Below are positions 18,788 to 30,920 of a DNA stretch of 64,000 bases, piece after piece (positions within the stretch are counted from its first letter, which is position 1; each line of letters begins with the position of its first letter). Position numbers and translations under genes: made by a program. Under the pieces are notes generated by a model, which was not told where the DNA came from, ran no database searches, and saw only the letters and a list, made by a program, of their open reading frames with translations. The DNA is from Persicimonas caeni (lineage in GTDB: Bacteria; Myxococcota_A; Bradymonadia; Bradymonadales; Bradymonadaceae). The stretch lies in assembly GCF_006517175.1 (NCBI RefSeq), contig NZ_CP041186.1:3125074-3189073 (forward strand), read 5' to 3'.

Positions 18788-20017
18788 ATGAGCCATACCA
18801 AACACATTCTCTTCGTCGACGCCGAGCAACGCGCGCTCGAGGCGATCGAGCAGGTGCTGCACCGCGACAGCTACCGCTGGAACCTGTCGTTTGCCTCCGA
18901 CGGCGAATCGGCGCTGGAGCTGCTGGAGACCGACACCGTCGACGTGCTGGTCACCGAGCTGGCGCTGCCGCGTCTCGACGGAGTCCAACTGCTCGAGTCG
19001 GCCCGCCAACTGCACCCGGACTCGATCCGCATCGTCTTCTCGGGCGAGGTCGAGTTGCACCGCATCCTGCAGTCGAGCGCGGTCGCCCACCAGGCGCTGG
19101 CCAAGCCGGCCTCCCCGCGACAGGTGCGCCAGGCCATCGAGCGCGCCAGCCAAGTGCACGAAGCCCTGGGCACCGAGGCGTGCCGGCGGCTGGTCAGCGG
19201 CGCCGACGGCTTGCCGATGGTCCCGTCGATCTACTCGAAGCTGGTGTGCACCCTGGCCAACCCGAACGCCTCGATGCAGCAGGTGGCCGACGTGATCAGC
19301 GAGGACGTCTCGCTGTGCGCCCAGATCCTGCGGCTGGTCAACTCGGCCTTTTTCGGCCTGGCCCGCGAGGTCACCACGGTGGGCGACGCGATCCGCTACC
19401 TCGGCCCGGCGGTGGTGCGTGACCTCGTGCTCTCCGAGGAGGCCTACCGGCTGGTCGCCCACGGCTCGCAGCAGGCCAACGCGATCATCGAGAGCGTACG
19501 GCGCCACTCGCGCATGACCGCCAAGGTGGCGCGCAAGCTGGTCAGCTCGCCGGAGTTGGCCGAGCAGGCCTTTTTGGCCGGCATGCTCCACCAGGTCGGC
19601 ACCTTGCTTCTGGCCGCGCGCGGCGAAGACATCGAGTCGCTCGAGCGCCCGGCACGAGCAGACGCCCCGAGCGCCGGCGGCGGGTTGATCGCCCGGCGCA
19701 AAGAGCCCGAGCTCGACCATTTTCGCCTGGGCGCCTACTTGCTCGGTCTGTGGGGGCTGCCCGCCGCCATCGTCGAGACGGTCGCCGAGTGCAGCGACCC
19801 GTCGATCAGCGCCTCGACCCACGCCGAGTTGATCGCCGCGGTCCACGTCGCCCACCGCGTCATCGCCAACGTTTTGCCTGCCCATGACGGCAGCGAGCCG
19901 GTCTACGAAGCTCCGCGCCTGTACTGCCTCGAGCGCCTGGGCCTGCCCGACGCCCACGAATTGACCGCATCGGTGCGCGCCCAGATTTCCGTTCAATCGA
20001 TGGAGACGCGATCATGA
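18788..20017 (+). CDS. Response-regulator receiver + HDOD domain protein
   Basis: N-terminal CheY-like fold and a C-terminal HDOD (LPMVPSIYSKLVCTLANPNASMQQVADVISEDVSLCAQILRLVNSAFFGL). Confidence 0.75.
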   Translation: MSHTKHILFVDAEQRALEAIEQVLHRDSYRWNLSFASDGESALELLETDTVDVLVTELALPRLDGVQLLESARQLHPDSIRIVFSGEVELHRILQSSAVAHQALAKPASPRQVRQAIERASQVHEALGTEACRRLVSGADGLPMVPSIYSKLVCTLANPNASMQQVADVISEDVSLCAQILRLVNSAFFGLAREVTTVGDAIRYLGPAVVRDLVLSEEAYRLVAHGSQQANAIIESVRRHSRMTAKVARKLVSSPELAEQAFLAGMLHQVGTLLLAARGEDIESLERPARADAPSAGGGLIARRKEPELDHFRLGAYLLGLWGLPAAIVETVAECSDPSISASTHAELIAAVHVAHRVIANVLPAHDGSEPVYEAPRLYCLERLGLPDAHELTASVRAQISVQSMETRS

Positions 20018-21225
20018 TCACTTCGAGTTTGGTGCGCCCCCGCGTGCTGTGTGTCGACGACGAGCCGCGCGTGCTCGCCGGGCTGCGCCTACACCTTCGC
20101 CGCGAATACGAGGTCGAGGTGGCCGAAGGTGGCGAGCAGGCCCTCGAAATCATCAACCAGCGCGGGCCCTTTGCGGTGGTCATCTCGGATATGCGCATGC
20201 CGTACATGAACGGGGCGGCGTTTTTCGCCCAGGCGCGTGTGCTCGCCCCCGACACCGTGCGCATTCTGCTGACCGGCTACTCCGACATCGACGACGCCAT
20301 CGCCGCGATCAACCAGGGCCAGATCTTTCGATTTTTAACCAAACCGTGCCGCCCGGCCGTGCTGCGCCACGCCGTCGAAGATGCGGTCGCCCAGTATCGC
20401 ATGATCACGGCCGACCACGAGCTGGTGCGCCGCGAGGTCGACAAGATCTCGCACCAACTGCTGCACACCGAGCGATTGGCTACCCTGGGCACCATGGCCA
20501 GCGGCGTGGGACACGAGCTCAACAACATGGCGGCGGTGTTCAACTCCCTGGTCCACGCCCTCGAGCAATGCGCGCAAAAAGAGCGTCCGCCCAGCGCCGA
20601 AGACCTCGAGGACCTCAACTGGGTCGCCAAGCGGCTGACCATGCACGGGCGCCAACTGCTCAATATGGGCCGGCCCCAACGCCACCACACCGAGACGCTC
20701 GACCTGCGCGAGCTGGTCCGGCGCACCATCGAGCGCCTGGAGCTGACCGGCAAGCTCAAGACCGTCCAACTGCAGCTCGACCTGCACCCCACCCCGCTCA
20801 AAATTACCGGGAAGGCCGGCCAGCTCGAGCAGGTGCTCATCAACCTGTGCCTCAACGCCGTCGACGCCATCGACGACCACGGCACCCGTCCCGGCCGCGT
20901 CCACGTCAGCCTGGGCACCGACACCCACGGGGGCGTCTGGTGCAAAGTCACCGACAACGGGGTGGGCATTCCCCAGTCCGACCTCGGCTCGATCTTCGAG
21001 CCGTACTTCACCACCAAATCCGACGACCGCGGCACCGGTCTGGGCCTGTCGGTATGCCGTCAGATCGTCGTCGAGCACGACGGCGAGCTGAAGGTCGAGT
21101 CACAGGTCGGCGAGGGCACAACGATGACCATGACGCTGCCCAACGCCGAGCCGGACACCGAACCTCTCAGCGAGCCGGGCTTCTCGCTCGACGAAGACAC
21201 CATCGCCACCCAGGACCGCTCCTAG
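20014..21225 (+). CDS. Hybrid receiver-histidine kinase (REC-HisKA-HATPase)
   Basis: REC with DDEPRV, ISDMRMPYMNG and KP motifs. H-box MASGVGHELNNM and the HATPase boxes follow. It overlaps the upstream gene by 4 bp. Confidence 0.85.
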   Translation: MITSSLVRPRVLCVDDEPRVLAGLRLHLRREYEVEVAEGGEQALEIINQRGPFAVVISDMRMPYMNGAAFFAQARVLAPDTVRILLTGYSDIDDAIAAINQGQIFRFLTKPCRPAVLRHAVEDAVAQYRMITADHELVRREVDKISHQLLHTERLATLGTMASGVGHELNNMAAVFNSLVHALEQCAQKERPPSAEDLEDLNWVAKRLTMHGRQLLNMGRPQRHHTETLDLRELVRRTIERLELTGKLKTVQLQLDLHPTPLKITGKAGQLEQVLINLCLNAVDAIDDHGTRPGRVHVSLGTDTHGGVWCKVTDNGVGIPQSDLGSIFEPYFTTKSDDRGTGLGLSVCRQIVVEHDGELKVESQVGEGTTMTMTLPNAEPDTEPLSEPGFSLDEDTIATQDRS

Positions 21226-21523
21226 GTCCTCATACGCCTCCCTACCACTCCAACGAACACCACTCGCCGCGCGCTCGTGCAACTGCCTTTCGTGCACGAG
21301 CGTGCACGGTCTCTGCCGTTCTGGCACACATTGGGGAAAGGCTGCACGAAATCTGCACGAAGCCCCTCAAATTGCACGATTTCGGCGGCCATTCGCCCCC
21401 CATTCTTCACGCAAATAAGATTGTCTACGCAGGCACTTAAGCTAAACTTACATATGTTGCTTAGAGCCTCTCGGGGGACAGAAACCGGAGGCCAACGCTA
21501 CCCATTTTGCGTAGGAGTCGAAC

Positions 21524-22618
21524 ATGTCAGCATCACTCGAAGAATGGTCGTCCGCCCTTGGACTCGAGGTCTCCGAGGTCTTCGAAGACGAGCGTCCGAT
21601 TGTCCGTCTGACTCGTTTCCACCAATGGGATGATTCGTATCCTGTGATGGTCTATGGGGACGACAAGACCGAAAAGTTGCTCTGCCTCGCCGAAAGCGTG
21701 GCGCGCACGCCGTCCACGGTGCTGTTGCGCGGCGAATCGGGCGTGGGCAAAGAGGTCATGGCCCGGTTCATCCACCGCGAGTCGCCGCGCGCCGACAAGC
21801 CGTTCGTGGCGATCAACTGCGCGGCGCTGCCGCCGTCACTGCTCGAATCGGAGCTGTTCGGCCACAACAAAGGTGCGTTTAGCGGCGCCCATAAAGATCA
21901 TAAGGGAGTGTTCGAGCGCGCAGACGGCGGCACGCTGCTGCTCGACGAGGTCACCGAGATGCCCTTGGAGCTGCAGGCGAAGTTGCTGCGCGTCATCCAG
22001 GAGCGCAAGGTGCGCCGCGTGGGCGGCACCAAGGAGCATCCGGTCGACATCCGCATCATCGCCACGACCAACCGGGACCTGAAGGCTTACGTCGACGACG
22101 GCGAGTTTCGCGCCGACCTGTACTACCGCCTCAACGTCTTTCCGCTGCGCATGACGCCGCTGCGCGAGCGTCCCGACGACATCGCGCCGCTGGTGCGCTA
22201 CCACCTGGGTAGGATCGCCGCGACCACCCACCCGGGCCTGCGCGGGTTGACCCAAGACGCGATGCGCAAACTGCAGAGCTACACCTACCCGGGCAACGTG
22301 CGCGAGCTGCTCAATATCCTGCAGCGCGCCGTGATCATGGCCGGTCGCTCGGACATGGTCGACGTCGAGCACCTGATGTTCGAGACCAACGTCGAGTGTC
22401 TGGCCTCCTACCGCCAGAGCGACGGTCCCGAGCACACGGTGACCATCCGCGCCGGTGACGACCCGCTCGACGACGTTCAGCGCGAGGTCATCCTCAACGC
22501 CCTGGCGCGGTTCAACGGCAACCGCACCCAGACCGCCCGCGCCCTGGGAGTCAGCGTGCGCACCATCCGCAACAAGATTCGCACCTATCGCGAGCAGGGT
22601 ATCCCGGTCCCCGAATGA
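21524..22618 (+). CDS. Sigma-54-dependent transcriptional activator (AAA+ sigma-54 interaction domain + Fis-type HTH; no receiver domain)
   Basis: Walker [15 protein letters not shown] motif ([13 protein letters not shown]), Walker B LLLDEV, arginine finger region, and a C-terminal HTH ([19 protein letters not shown]). Confidence 0.85.
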   Translation: MSASLEEWSSALGLEVSEVFEDERPIVRLTRFHQWDDSYPVMVYGDDKTEKLLCLAESVARTPSTVLLRGESGVGKEVMARFIHRESPRADKPFVAINCAALPPSLLESELFGHNKGAFSGAHKDHKGVFERADGGTLLLDEVTEMPLELQAKLLRVIQERKVRRVGGTKEHPVDIRIIATTNRDLKAYVDDGEFRADLYYRLNVFPLRMTPLRERPDDIAPLVRYHLGRIAATTHPGLRGLTQDAMRKLQSYTYPGNVRELLNILQRAVIMAGRSDMVDVEHLMFETNVECLASYRQSDGPEHTVTIRAGDDPLDDVQREVILNALARFNGNRTQTARALGVSVRTIRNKIRTYREQGIPVPE

Positions 22619-22751
22619 CCTGCCACACCGCACGCCGACCGGACCATCGAGGCCGGTCGGCGTGCGCCTCGAACTTTTTAGTGGTCGAAAGCGCCTAAAT
22701 GATTCAAGATTGAGTTGGCCAGCCCCGCTCTCCGCCAGCTCCACGTGAATC

Positions 22752-25547
22752 ATGGCAAAGCCCAACGACCCCACGCATTCACCCGCCGTCGACCACCGCG
22801 CGCTCGAGCGCAGTGCGGCGCACGCGCCGGTGGCGCTCTACCAGTTTCAACGACTCGACGACCGGGCGCACATCCCCTTTGTGACCGAGCCGGTCGAGCG
22901 CGTTCTCGGCGTCGACGCCGCGACCATGATGCGCGAGTTCGACCTCGACTGGCTGGCTGCGCGCGTGGACCCGAACGACTGGGAGGATTTCTCCGACGCC
23001 GTCGCCCACTCTTGCCATACGGGCGAGACGTTCGACCAAACATTCCGCTTTCGGGCCGGCGAGGACCAGCCGTGGCGCTGGATTCGGGCGACCTCAGTGG
23101 CCGAAAACAACGCGTCGGGGCGGGTGTGGCACGGCTCGTTGCAAGATGTCACCAGTACGATTGAAAAGCGCCAGGCGCTCGATCTGACCCGCCGACGCCT
23201 GTCGACGCTGGTCGAAAATGTCTCGGTGGGCTTGCTCGTCGAAGATGACCGCGGCCAAGTCGAGCAGCTCAACCGCACCCTCATCGAACTGTTCGCCGTC
23301 GACTACGACACCGACGATCTCGCCGGCCTTCCAATCGAAAAATGCCGCGAGATTCTAGCCCCCCGCTTTGCCGAGCCCGACACCGCCGTCGCCTGGTTCG
23401 CCCAGCGCCGGCGCGAGCGCAAACCCGCCCGCCACACCTTCTCCATGGGCGACGGGCGTGTCCTCGAGTGCATCTATCGCCCGCTGACCGACACCAGCGG
23501 CGAGGGCGCGCACCTGTGGCAGTGGCACGACGTCACCGACGACAAACGCGCCGAGGGTCAATTGCGCCAGGCCAAAAGGGAGGCCGAGGCCGCCGTGGCC
23601 GCCAAGAGCGAGTTCGTCGCGCGCATGAGCCACGAGCTGCGCACGCCGCTGAGCGGGATCTTGGGCATCACCGAATTGATGACGCGCAGCCCGCTGACCG
23701 AGGAGCAGCACGAGTATTGCGACATCATCGCCGCCTCGGGTCACACCCTGTTGTCGATCATCAACGAGGTGCTCGATTTCACCCGCGGCGAAGAGGGCAA
23801 GCTCGACCACCAAAGCGGCCCCTTCGATCTGTACGAGGTGCTGTTCGGCGCGGCCAAGATGTTGATGGCCAACGCCGCCAACGCCGGCCTCGATCTGGCC
23901 GTCCATTACCCGCCCGACGCCCCGCGCACCTTCGTGGGGGACGCGCGCAAGTTACGCCAAGTGGCGCTGAACCTGATCGGCAACGCCATCAAGTTTACCG
24001 ACGAGGGATACGTGTGCGTGCGCGTCGACGTCTCCGAGCCGGTGGGCGCCAGCAGCAAGGTGCGCGTGGAAGTCTGTGACACCGGCGTGGGCATCCCGCC
24101 CCTCGACCAAGATCGCCTCTTCGAGGCGTTCACCCAGCTTCCTGGCCAGCATCGCCCCGGCACCGGGCTGGGGCTGGCCATCTGCCGACACTTCGTCGAA
24201 TCGATGGGCGGCACGATCGGCGTCGACAGCACCGTAGGCTCTGGCTCGACCTTCTGGCTCGAGCTCGATCTGCCGCGATTCGAGGAGGCAACGGGCGATG
24301 TGCTGCACACGTCGCTCAACGACCAGCGGCTCCTGGTGGTCCACGAGTGCGTGGCGGTGCGCAAGCTCACCGAAGACTACCTGCGCTACGCCGGCGCGAG
24401 CGTCCACAGCTTCGCCTCCGTCGAAGAGGCCCTCGCCAAACTCGACGTGCTCTGTGCCGCGCCCTTCGACGCCCTGCTCGTCGACGAGCAACGCAGCGCC
24501 CAATCGCTGCGCGAGGAACTCTCCCGGCGTCAAGCGGACCCACCGGCGCTGATCTTGCTCGACCACCGCCGCCAACGCGCCGCAGGCGATCACGACACCC
24601 CGAGCCTCGAGCAGCCACTGCACATCCACCACCTGCTCGACACCGTCGGCGCGGCGTTGAGCCGCCGCCAGGACCATGACGAGACGGTCCACGATCGCAA
24701 CCTGCGCTACTGTCGCACGCGGCCCGTGACCGACCCGCGCATCAAACGGGTCAACCGACCGCGACGCGTGCTTTTGGTCGAAGACGACCCCATCAACTGC
24801 ACCGTGGTCACGCGCATGCTCGAGACCTTACGCTGCGCGGTCACCCACGCGCCCGACGGCCCCGACGCGGTGGCCGCAGCACAAGCCAGCGAGTTCGATC
24901 TCATCTTGATGGATTGTCAGTTGCCCACGTTTACGGGCATCGAGGCGACCCGGCGAATCCGTGGGCTCGACACCGAGCGCACCACACACCAGCCGATCCT
25001 CGCGCTCAGCGCCAACGTGATGCCCGAGTTCCGACAGGCGTGCATCGAGGCGGGGATGGACGACTTCCTGCTCAAACCGGTCAACCGCGACCAGCTCTCC
25101 CGGGCCCTGCTCGAATGGTGCGGCGGCGAGACGTTGGACGAAGCCTCGTCGGCCGCCAGCGACCGTATCGAGCCGCCGGTGGTCTTCGACCGCGACGCCC
25201 TGCTGGCTCGCTTCGACTACGAGGAAGACCTGGTCGATGCGGTCGTCGATGCGTTCTGCCAAGATCTGCCCCGGCGGCTGGATCTGATGCGCGAGGCGGT
25301 CAAATTGCGCCGCAGCGAAGATCTCGACCGCCACGCCCACACCCTCGCAGGCGCCGCCTCACAGGTGGGCGCCGATACCATCGCGCAGGCTGCCGAGCGG
25401 ATTCGCCAGGCGATTCGCGCCCACGACTGGGACCGCGTGCGCTACAATATCGGCTGGCTTTTCGAGGAGAGTCAGTTGTTCGGAAGATTGATCAGCGGAG
25501 AGCTGACCTCGGTGATCGACGAGTCCGAGGACGAGACGCCATCGTAA
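22752..25547 (+). CDS. Multidomain hybrid sensor kinase (PAS x2-3, HisKA, HATPase, degenerate REC, REC, Hpt)
   Basis: H-box MSHELRTPLSGILGITELM. HATPase boxes NLIGNAIKFT, DTGVGI and GTGLGLAI. REC has VLLVEDDPINC...LILMDCQLP...LKP. C-terminal Hpt (HAHTLAGAASQVGA). Confidence 0.85.
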   Translation: MAKPNDPTHSPAVDHRALERSAAHAPVALYQFQRLDDRAHIPFVTEPVERVLGVDAATMMREFDLDWLAARVDPNDWEDFSDAVAHSCHTGETFDQTFRFRAGEDQPWRWIRATSVAENNASGRVWHGSLQDVTSTIEKRQALDLTRRRLSTLVENVSVGLLVEDDRGQVEQLNRTLIELFAVDYDTDDLAGLPIEKCREILAPRFAEPDTAVAWFAQRRRERKPARHTFSMGDGRVLECIYRPLTDTSGEGAHLWQWHDVTDDKRAEGQLRQAKREAEAAVAAKSEFVARMSHELRTPLSGILGITELMTRSPLTEEQHEYCDIIAASGHTLLSIINEVLDFTRGEEGKLDHQSGPFDLYEVLFGAAKMLMANAANAGLDLAVHYPPDAPRTFVGDARKLRQVALNLIGNAIKFTDEGYVCVRVDVSEPVGASSKVRVEVCDTGVGIPPLDQDRLFEAFTQLPGQHRPGTGLGLAICRHFVESMGGTIGVDSTVGSGSTFWLELDLPRFEEATGDVLHTSLNDQRLLVVHECVAVRKLTEDYLRYAGASVHSFASVEEALAKLDVLCAAPFDALLVDEQRSAQSLREELSRRQADPPALILLDHRRQRAAGDHDTPSLEQPLHIHHLLDTVGAALSRRQDHDETVHDRNLRYCRTRPVTDPRIKRVNRPRRVLLVEDDPINCTVVTRMLETLRCAVTHAPDGPDAVAAAQASEFDLILMDCQLPTFTGIEATRRIRGLDTERTTHQPILALSANVMPEFRQACIEAGMDDFLLKPVNRDQLSRALLEWCGGETLDEASSAASDRIEPPVVFDRDALLARFDYEEDLVDAVVDAFCQDLPRRLDLMREAVKLRRSEDLDRHAHTLAGAASQVGADTIAQAAERIRQAIRAHDWDRVRYNIGWLFEESQLFGRLISGELTSVIDESEDETPS

Positions 25548-25578
25548 TGAAGACCGGGGGCTCCATTAAGACACACTG

Positions 25579-26307
25579 CTAAGACCCACTTCGGTCGTCG
25601 AACGAGTTGATCTGGAAGCCCACACCGCGAACCGTCTGGATGAGCTCGACGTCGAAGCGCCGAAACTTCTTGCGCACTCGGCGCACGTGGCTGTCGATGG
25701 TGCGCTCGCTGACGACCGTATCCTCGTAGACCTGCTCGATGAGCTCGGCGCGGGGAAACACTCGCCCGGGCGCGCTGGCCAGCACCTGCAAGATCTCGAA
25801 CTCGGTCTTGGTCAGCTCGACGTCCTCACCGGCCCAGACCACTTGATACTGGTTCAAATCGAGCACCAGCGGGCCTAGCTCGATAAGCCCCTCGTCACCG
25901 GCGCGCTCGGCGCTTACCGGCTCCTCGACGGTGCCCGAGCGACCGGTACGCCGGAGCACCGCGCGCACTCGAGCGAGCAACTCGCGCGGGTTGAACGGCT
26001 TGCTGATATAGTCGTCGGCCCCCAACTCCAGGCCCACAATGCGGTCGATCTCGTCGGCGAACTTCGACATGAACAAAATCGGGACTTCCGAGCGCTGCCG
26101 AATGTAGCGGCAGATGTCTTCGCCGCGCATATTCGGCAAAATATTGTCGAGAACGACGATGTCGAATGCATCGGAGTCGAACACCTCCAGGCAGTCTTCG
26201 CCCGTCGTTGCCTCGACGGTCTCGATTCCTGCGCGCTGGAGCGTACGAGTCACCAATGTCAACGTGGTCGGATCGTCGTCGACCACCAGACAGGTTAGGT
26301 CAGCCAT
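25579..26307 (-). CDS. OmpR/PhoB-family response regulator
   Basis: REC (VVDDDPTT...IVVLDNILPNMRGEDI...SKPFNPRELLARVRAVLRR) plus a winged-helix trans_reg_C domain (LTKTEFEILQVLASAPGRVFPRAELI). Confidence 0.85.
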   Translation of the reverse strand: MADLTCLVVDDDPTTLTLVTRTLQRAGIETVEATTGEDCLEVFDSDAFDIVVLDNILPNMRGEDICRYIRQRSEVPILFMSKFADEIDRIVGLELGADDYISKPFNPRELLARVRAVLRRTGRSGTVEEPVSAERAGDEGLIELGPLVLDLNQYQVVWAGEDVELTKTEFEILQVLASAPGRVFPRAELIEQVYEDTVVSERTIDSHVRRVRKKFRRFDVELIQTVRGVGFQINSFDDRSGS

Positions 26308-26481
26308 AGAAGAGAACTAGGGCAAAGGACTTCTATTGCGACGCAAATGGCCCCAAAAACTCCATCAGCGCCTGAAAGGTGCTAAACCACTAGATATCCT
26401 ATAATTTCTGGACAGTTGTGCAAGTGGCTTTGCAAAAAACGCGCAAAAAGGTGGGTTAACGCCGCGGGGAGAATACGCGCG

Positions 26482-27192
26482 TCATTCGCAGACAAGCTGG
26501 AAGCCGACACCACGCACGGTGCGGATCGGGTCGACGTCGAAATCACGAAATTTTTCTCGAATACGACGCACGTGGCTGTCGATGGTGCGCTCGCTGACGA
26601 CGACATTGTCATCGTACGCGCGGGCCACCAACTCCTCGCGGGTGTAGACGCGCGACGGCCAGCGTGCCAGCGTGCTCACCAGATCGAACTCGGTTTTGGT
26701 GAAGTCGATGGCGTGCTCGCCCCAGAAGGCTTTGTAGGCGTGCAGATCGAGGCGAAGCTTGCCGACTTCGAGTTCGTTGGTGTCGGCGCTCGGTTGGGGG
26801 GTGGGTTTGTGCTGGTCTCGCGCCGAGCGGCGCATCACGGCACGGACTCGCGCCAGCAGCTCGCGCGGATTGAACGGCTTGGCGATATAATCGTCGGCGC
26901 CCAATTCCAAGCCGACGATTCGGTCGACGTCGTCGGCGAATTTGGAGACGAACAAAATCGGCACGTCCGACTCGGCGCGGATGTGGCGGCAGACTTCCTC
27001 GCCGTCGACCTCGGGCATGACGTTGTCGAGCACCACCAAGTCGAGGTCGGTGGAGTCGAACAGTTCGATGGCCTCAGCGCCCGTGGTCGCCTCGATGATA
27101 TCGAAGCCCGCCCGGGTCAACGTCTTGACCACGATGGCGCGGCTGGTCGGATCGTCTTCTGCGACAAGTGCCTTTTCTCGAGCCATAACCAA
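26482..27192 (-). CDS. OmpR/PhoB-family response regulator (paralogue of 25579-26307)
   Basis: Same architecture and about 60 % identical over the REC core (VVLDNVMPEVDGEEVCRHIR...AKPFNPRELLARVRAVMRR). Confidence 0.85.
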   Translation of the reverse strand: MVMAREKALVAEDDPTSRAIVVKTLTRAGFDIIEATTGAEAIELFDSTDLDLVVLDNVMPEVDGEEVCRHIRAESDVPILFVSKFADDVDRIVGLELGADDYIAKPFNPRELLARVRAVMRRSARDQHKPTPQPSADTNELEVGKLRLDLHAYKAFWGEHAIDFTKTEFDLVSTLARWPSRVYTREELVARAYDDNVVVSERTIDSHVRRIREKFRDFDVDPIRTVRGVGFQLVCE

Positions 27193-27512
27193 GTACTTTT
27201 ACTGTTCACGACGTCATCCACATCGGTAGCCCACACAGGGAGCCTATCCGATGGCGCTCGCTCTACCGGGGCATTCCCAAAAGAATCGAGTCATCATCAC
27301 AAAGCGTATATGTCGAGCATTCGGCTTTAATGAAGCTAATGTAGTCGGAACCGCCCACATTGCAACAGAACTATCCGGCCATGCGCTTTGGGTGAATTAG
27401 ATGCAACAACGACCGCTCGAGTTGCATTTTCTCGAAAAACACAGAAACGGGTTGCGAAGCCCATGTACACGCACGTATCTTCACAGCAACAAATCCCCAC
27501 GTTCTTTGGGAA

Positions 27513-29927
<2,415 letters not shown>

Positions 29928-30092
29928 CCGCTGCCGCGCTCTCTCATCGCGGCCGAACTCATGGGCGTCGAAACCGTCGGTTGTTAAATACGTCCAAATT
30001 AACTACAAATGAGCCTCGTAATAACACCATCGACTGGAAGCGAGGGTCACGAGCCGCGTGCGTCCCGTTACAACGCTCGTAAGTGACGACGA

Positions 30093-30875
30093 ATGGAAGA
30101 GTTTCTCCAGATTGCACTGTCTTTCCCGACGGTCATCTTCTCGGGCATGCTCATCGGCGTGTTGCTGTACTGGACGATGGTCATCGTCGGCGCGGTCGAC
30201 ATCGACTTATTCGATCTCGACATCGATCTCGACACCGACTTCGACATCGACATGGACCTCGACGTCGACGCCGATGTCGACGGTGACTTCGACGTCGACG
30301 CCGACGGGCCCAGCGCAGGCATCATGCATTCGTTGATGGCGGCCATCGGCCTGGGGACCGTGCCGGTGACCATCATCGGCAGCATCGTCACCCTGGCGGC
30401 CTGGTTTTTGTCCTTCGCGGCAGTCTACTACCTGGGCCCGATGCTCGGCACCAGCGTCTTTGCCGGCCTGGGCATCGTGGTGGTCAGCTTCGTGTTGAGC
30501 CTGCCGATCACCTCGGTCTTCACCCACCCGCTCAAGGGCATCTTCAAGACTCACACGCACACCGGCGGCCAGACTCTGGTCGGCAAGCTGTGCAAAGTCA
30601 CCTCGGGCTCGGTCACCCAGACCTTCGGGCAGGCCGAGGTCGACGACGGCGGCGCAGGGCTGCTGGTGTCGATCCGCTGCGAGACCGAAGGCCTGCTGAA
30701 GCGTGGCTCGCGCGCATTGATCATCGAATACAACGCCGAACAAGATATCTACTTCGTCGAGCCCTATGACAACTTGCTGGCTGACGATGACGATGAAGTC
30801 GTCTTCGACACCGCCCAGGCGACCGACGACGCCGTACAACCCCAGCGAAACAAACAACTCGAGACGAATGAGTGA
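30093..30875 (+). CDS. YqiJ/DUF1449-like inner-membrane protein with C-terminal NfeD-type OB-fold and an unusual (D-x)n acidic loop
   Basis: Several TM segments, the loop DIDLFDLDIDLDTDFDIDMDLDVDADVDGDFDVDADG, and a C-terminal beta-rich segment (TLVGKLCKVTSGSVTQTFGQAEVDD...ALIIEYNAEQDIYFVEPYD) typical of NfeD-like partners of SPFH proteins. Confidence 0.6.
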   Translation: MEEFLQIALSFPTVIFSGMLIGVLLYWTMVIVGAVDIDLFDLDIDLDTDFDIDMDLDVDADVDGDFDVDADGPSAGIMHSLMAAIGLGTVPVTIIGSIVTLAAWFLSFAAVYYLGPMLGTSVFAGLGIVVVSFVLSLPITSVFTHPLKGIFKTHTHTGGQTLVGKLCKVTSGSVTQTFGQAEVDDGGAGLLVSIRCETEGLLKRGSRALIIEYNAEQDIYFVEPYDNLLADDDDEVVFDTAQATDDAVQPQRNKQLETNE

Positions 30876-30920
30876 GCCCGCGGGCTCGCGCAAACCGAAC
30901 GTTCTACTCGGAGAATAGAA

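Noticed and set aside
21330-21360. Third sigma-54 promoter (ctggcacacattgggg) upstream of the sigma-54 activator gene
   Set aside because: The -24 TGGCAC is present but the -12 element is GGGG rather than TTGC(A/T), so it does not meet the consensus.
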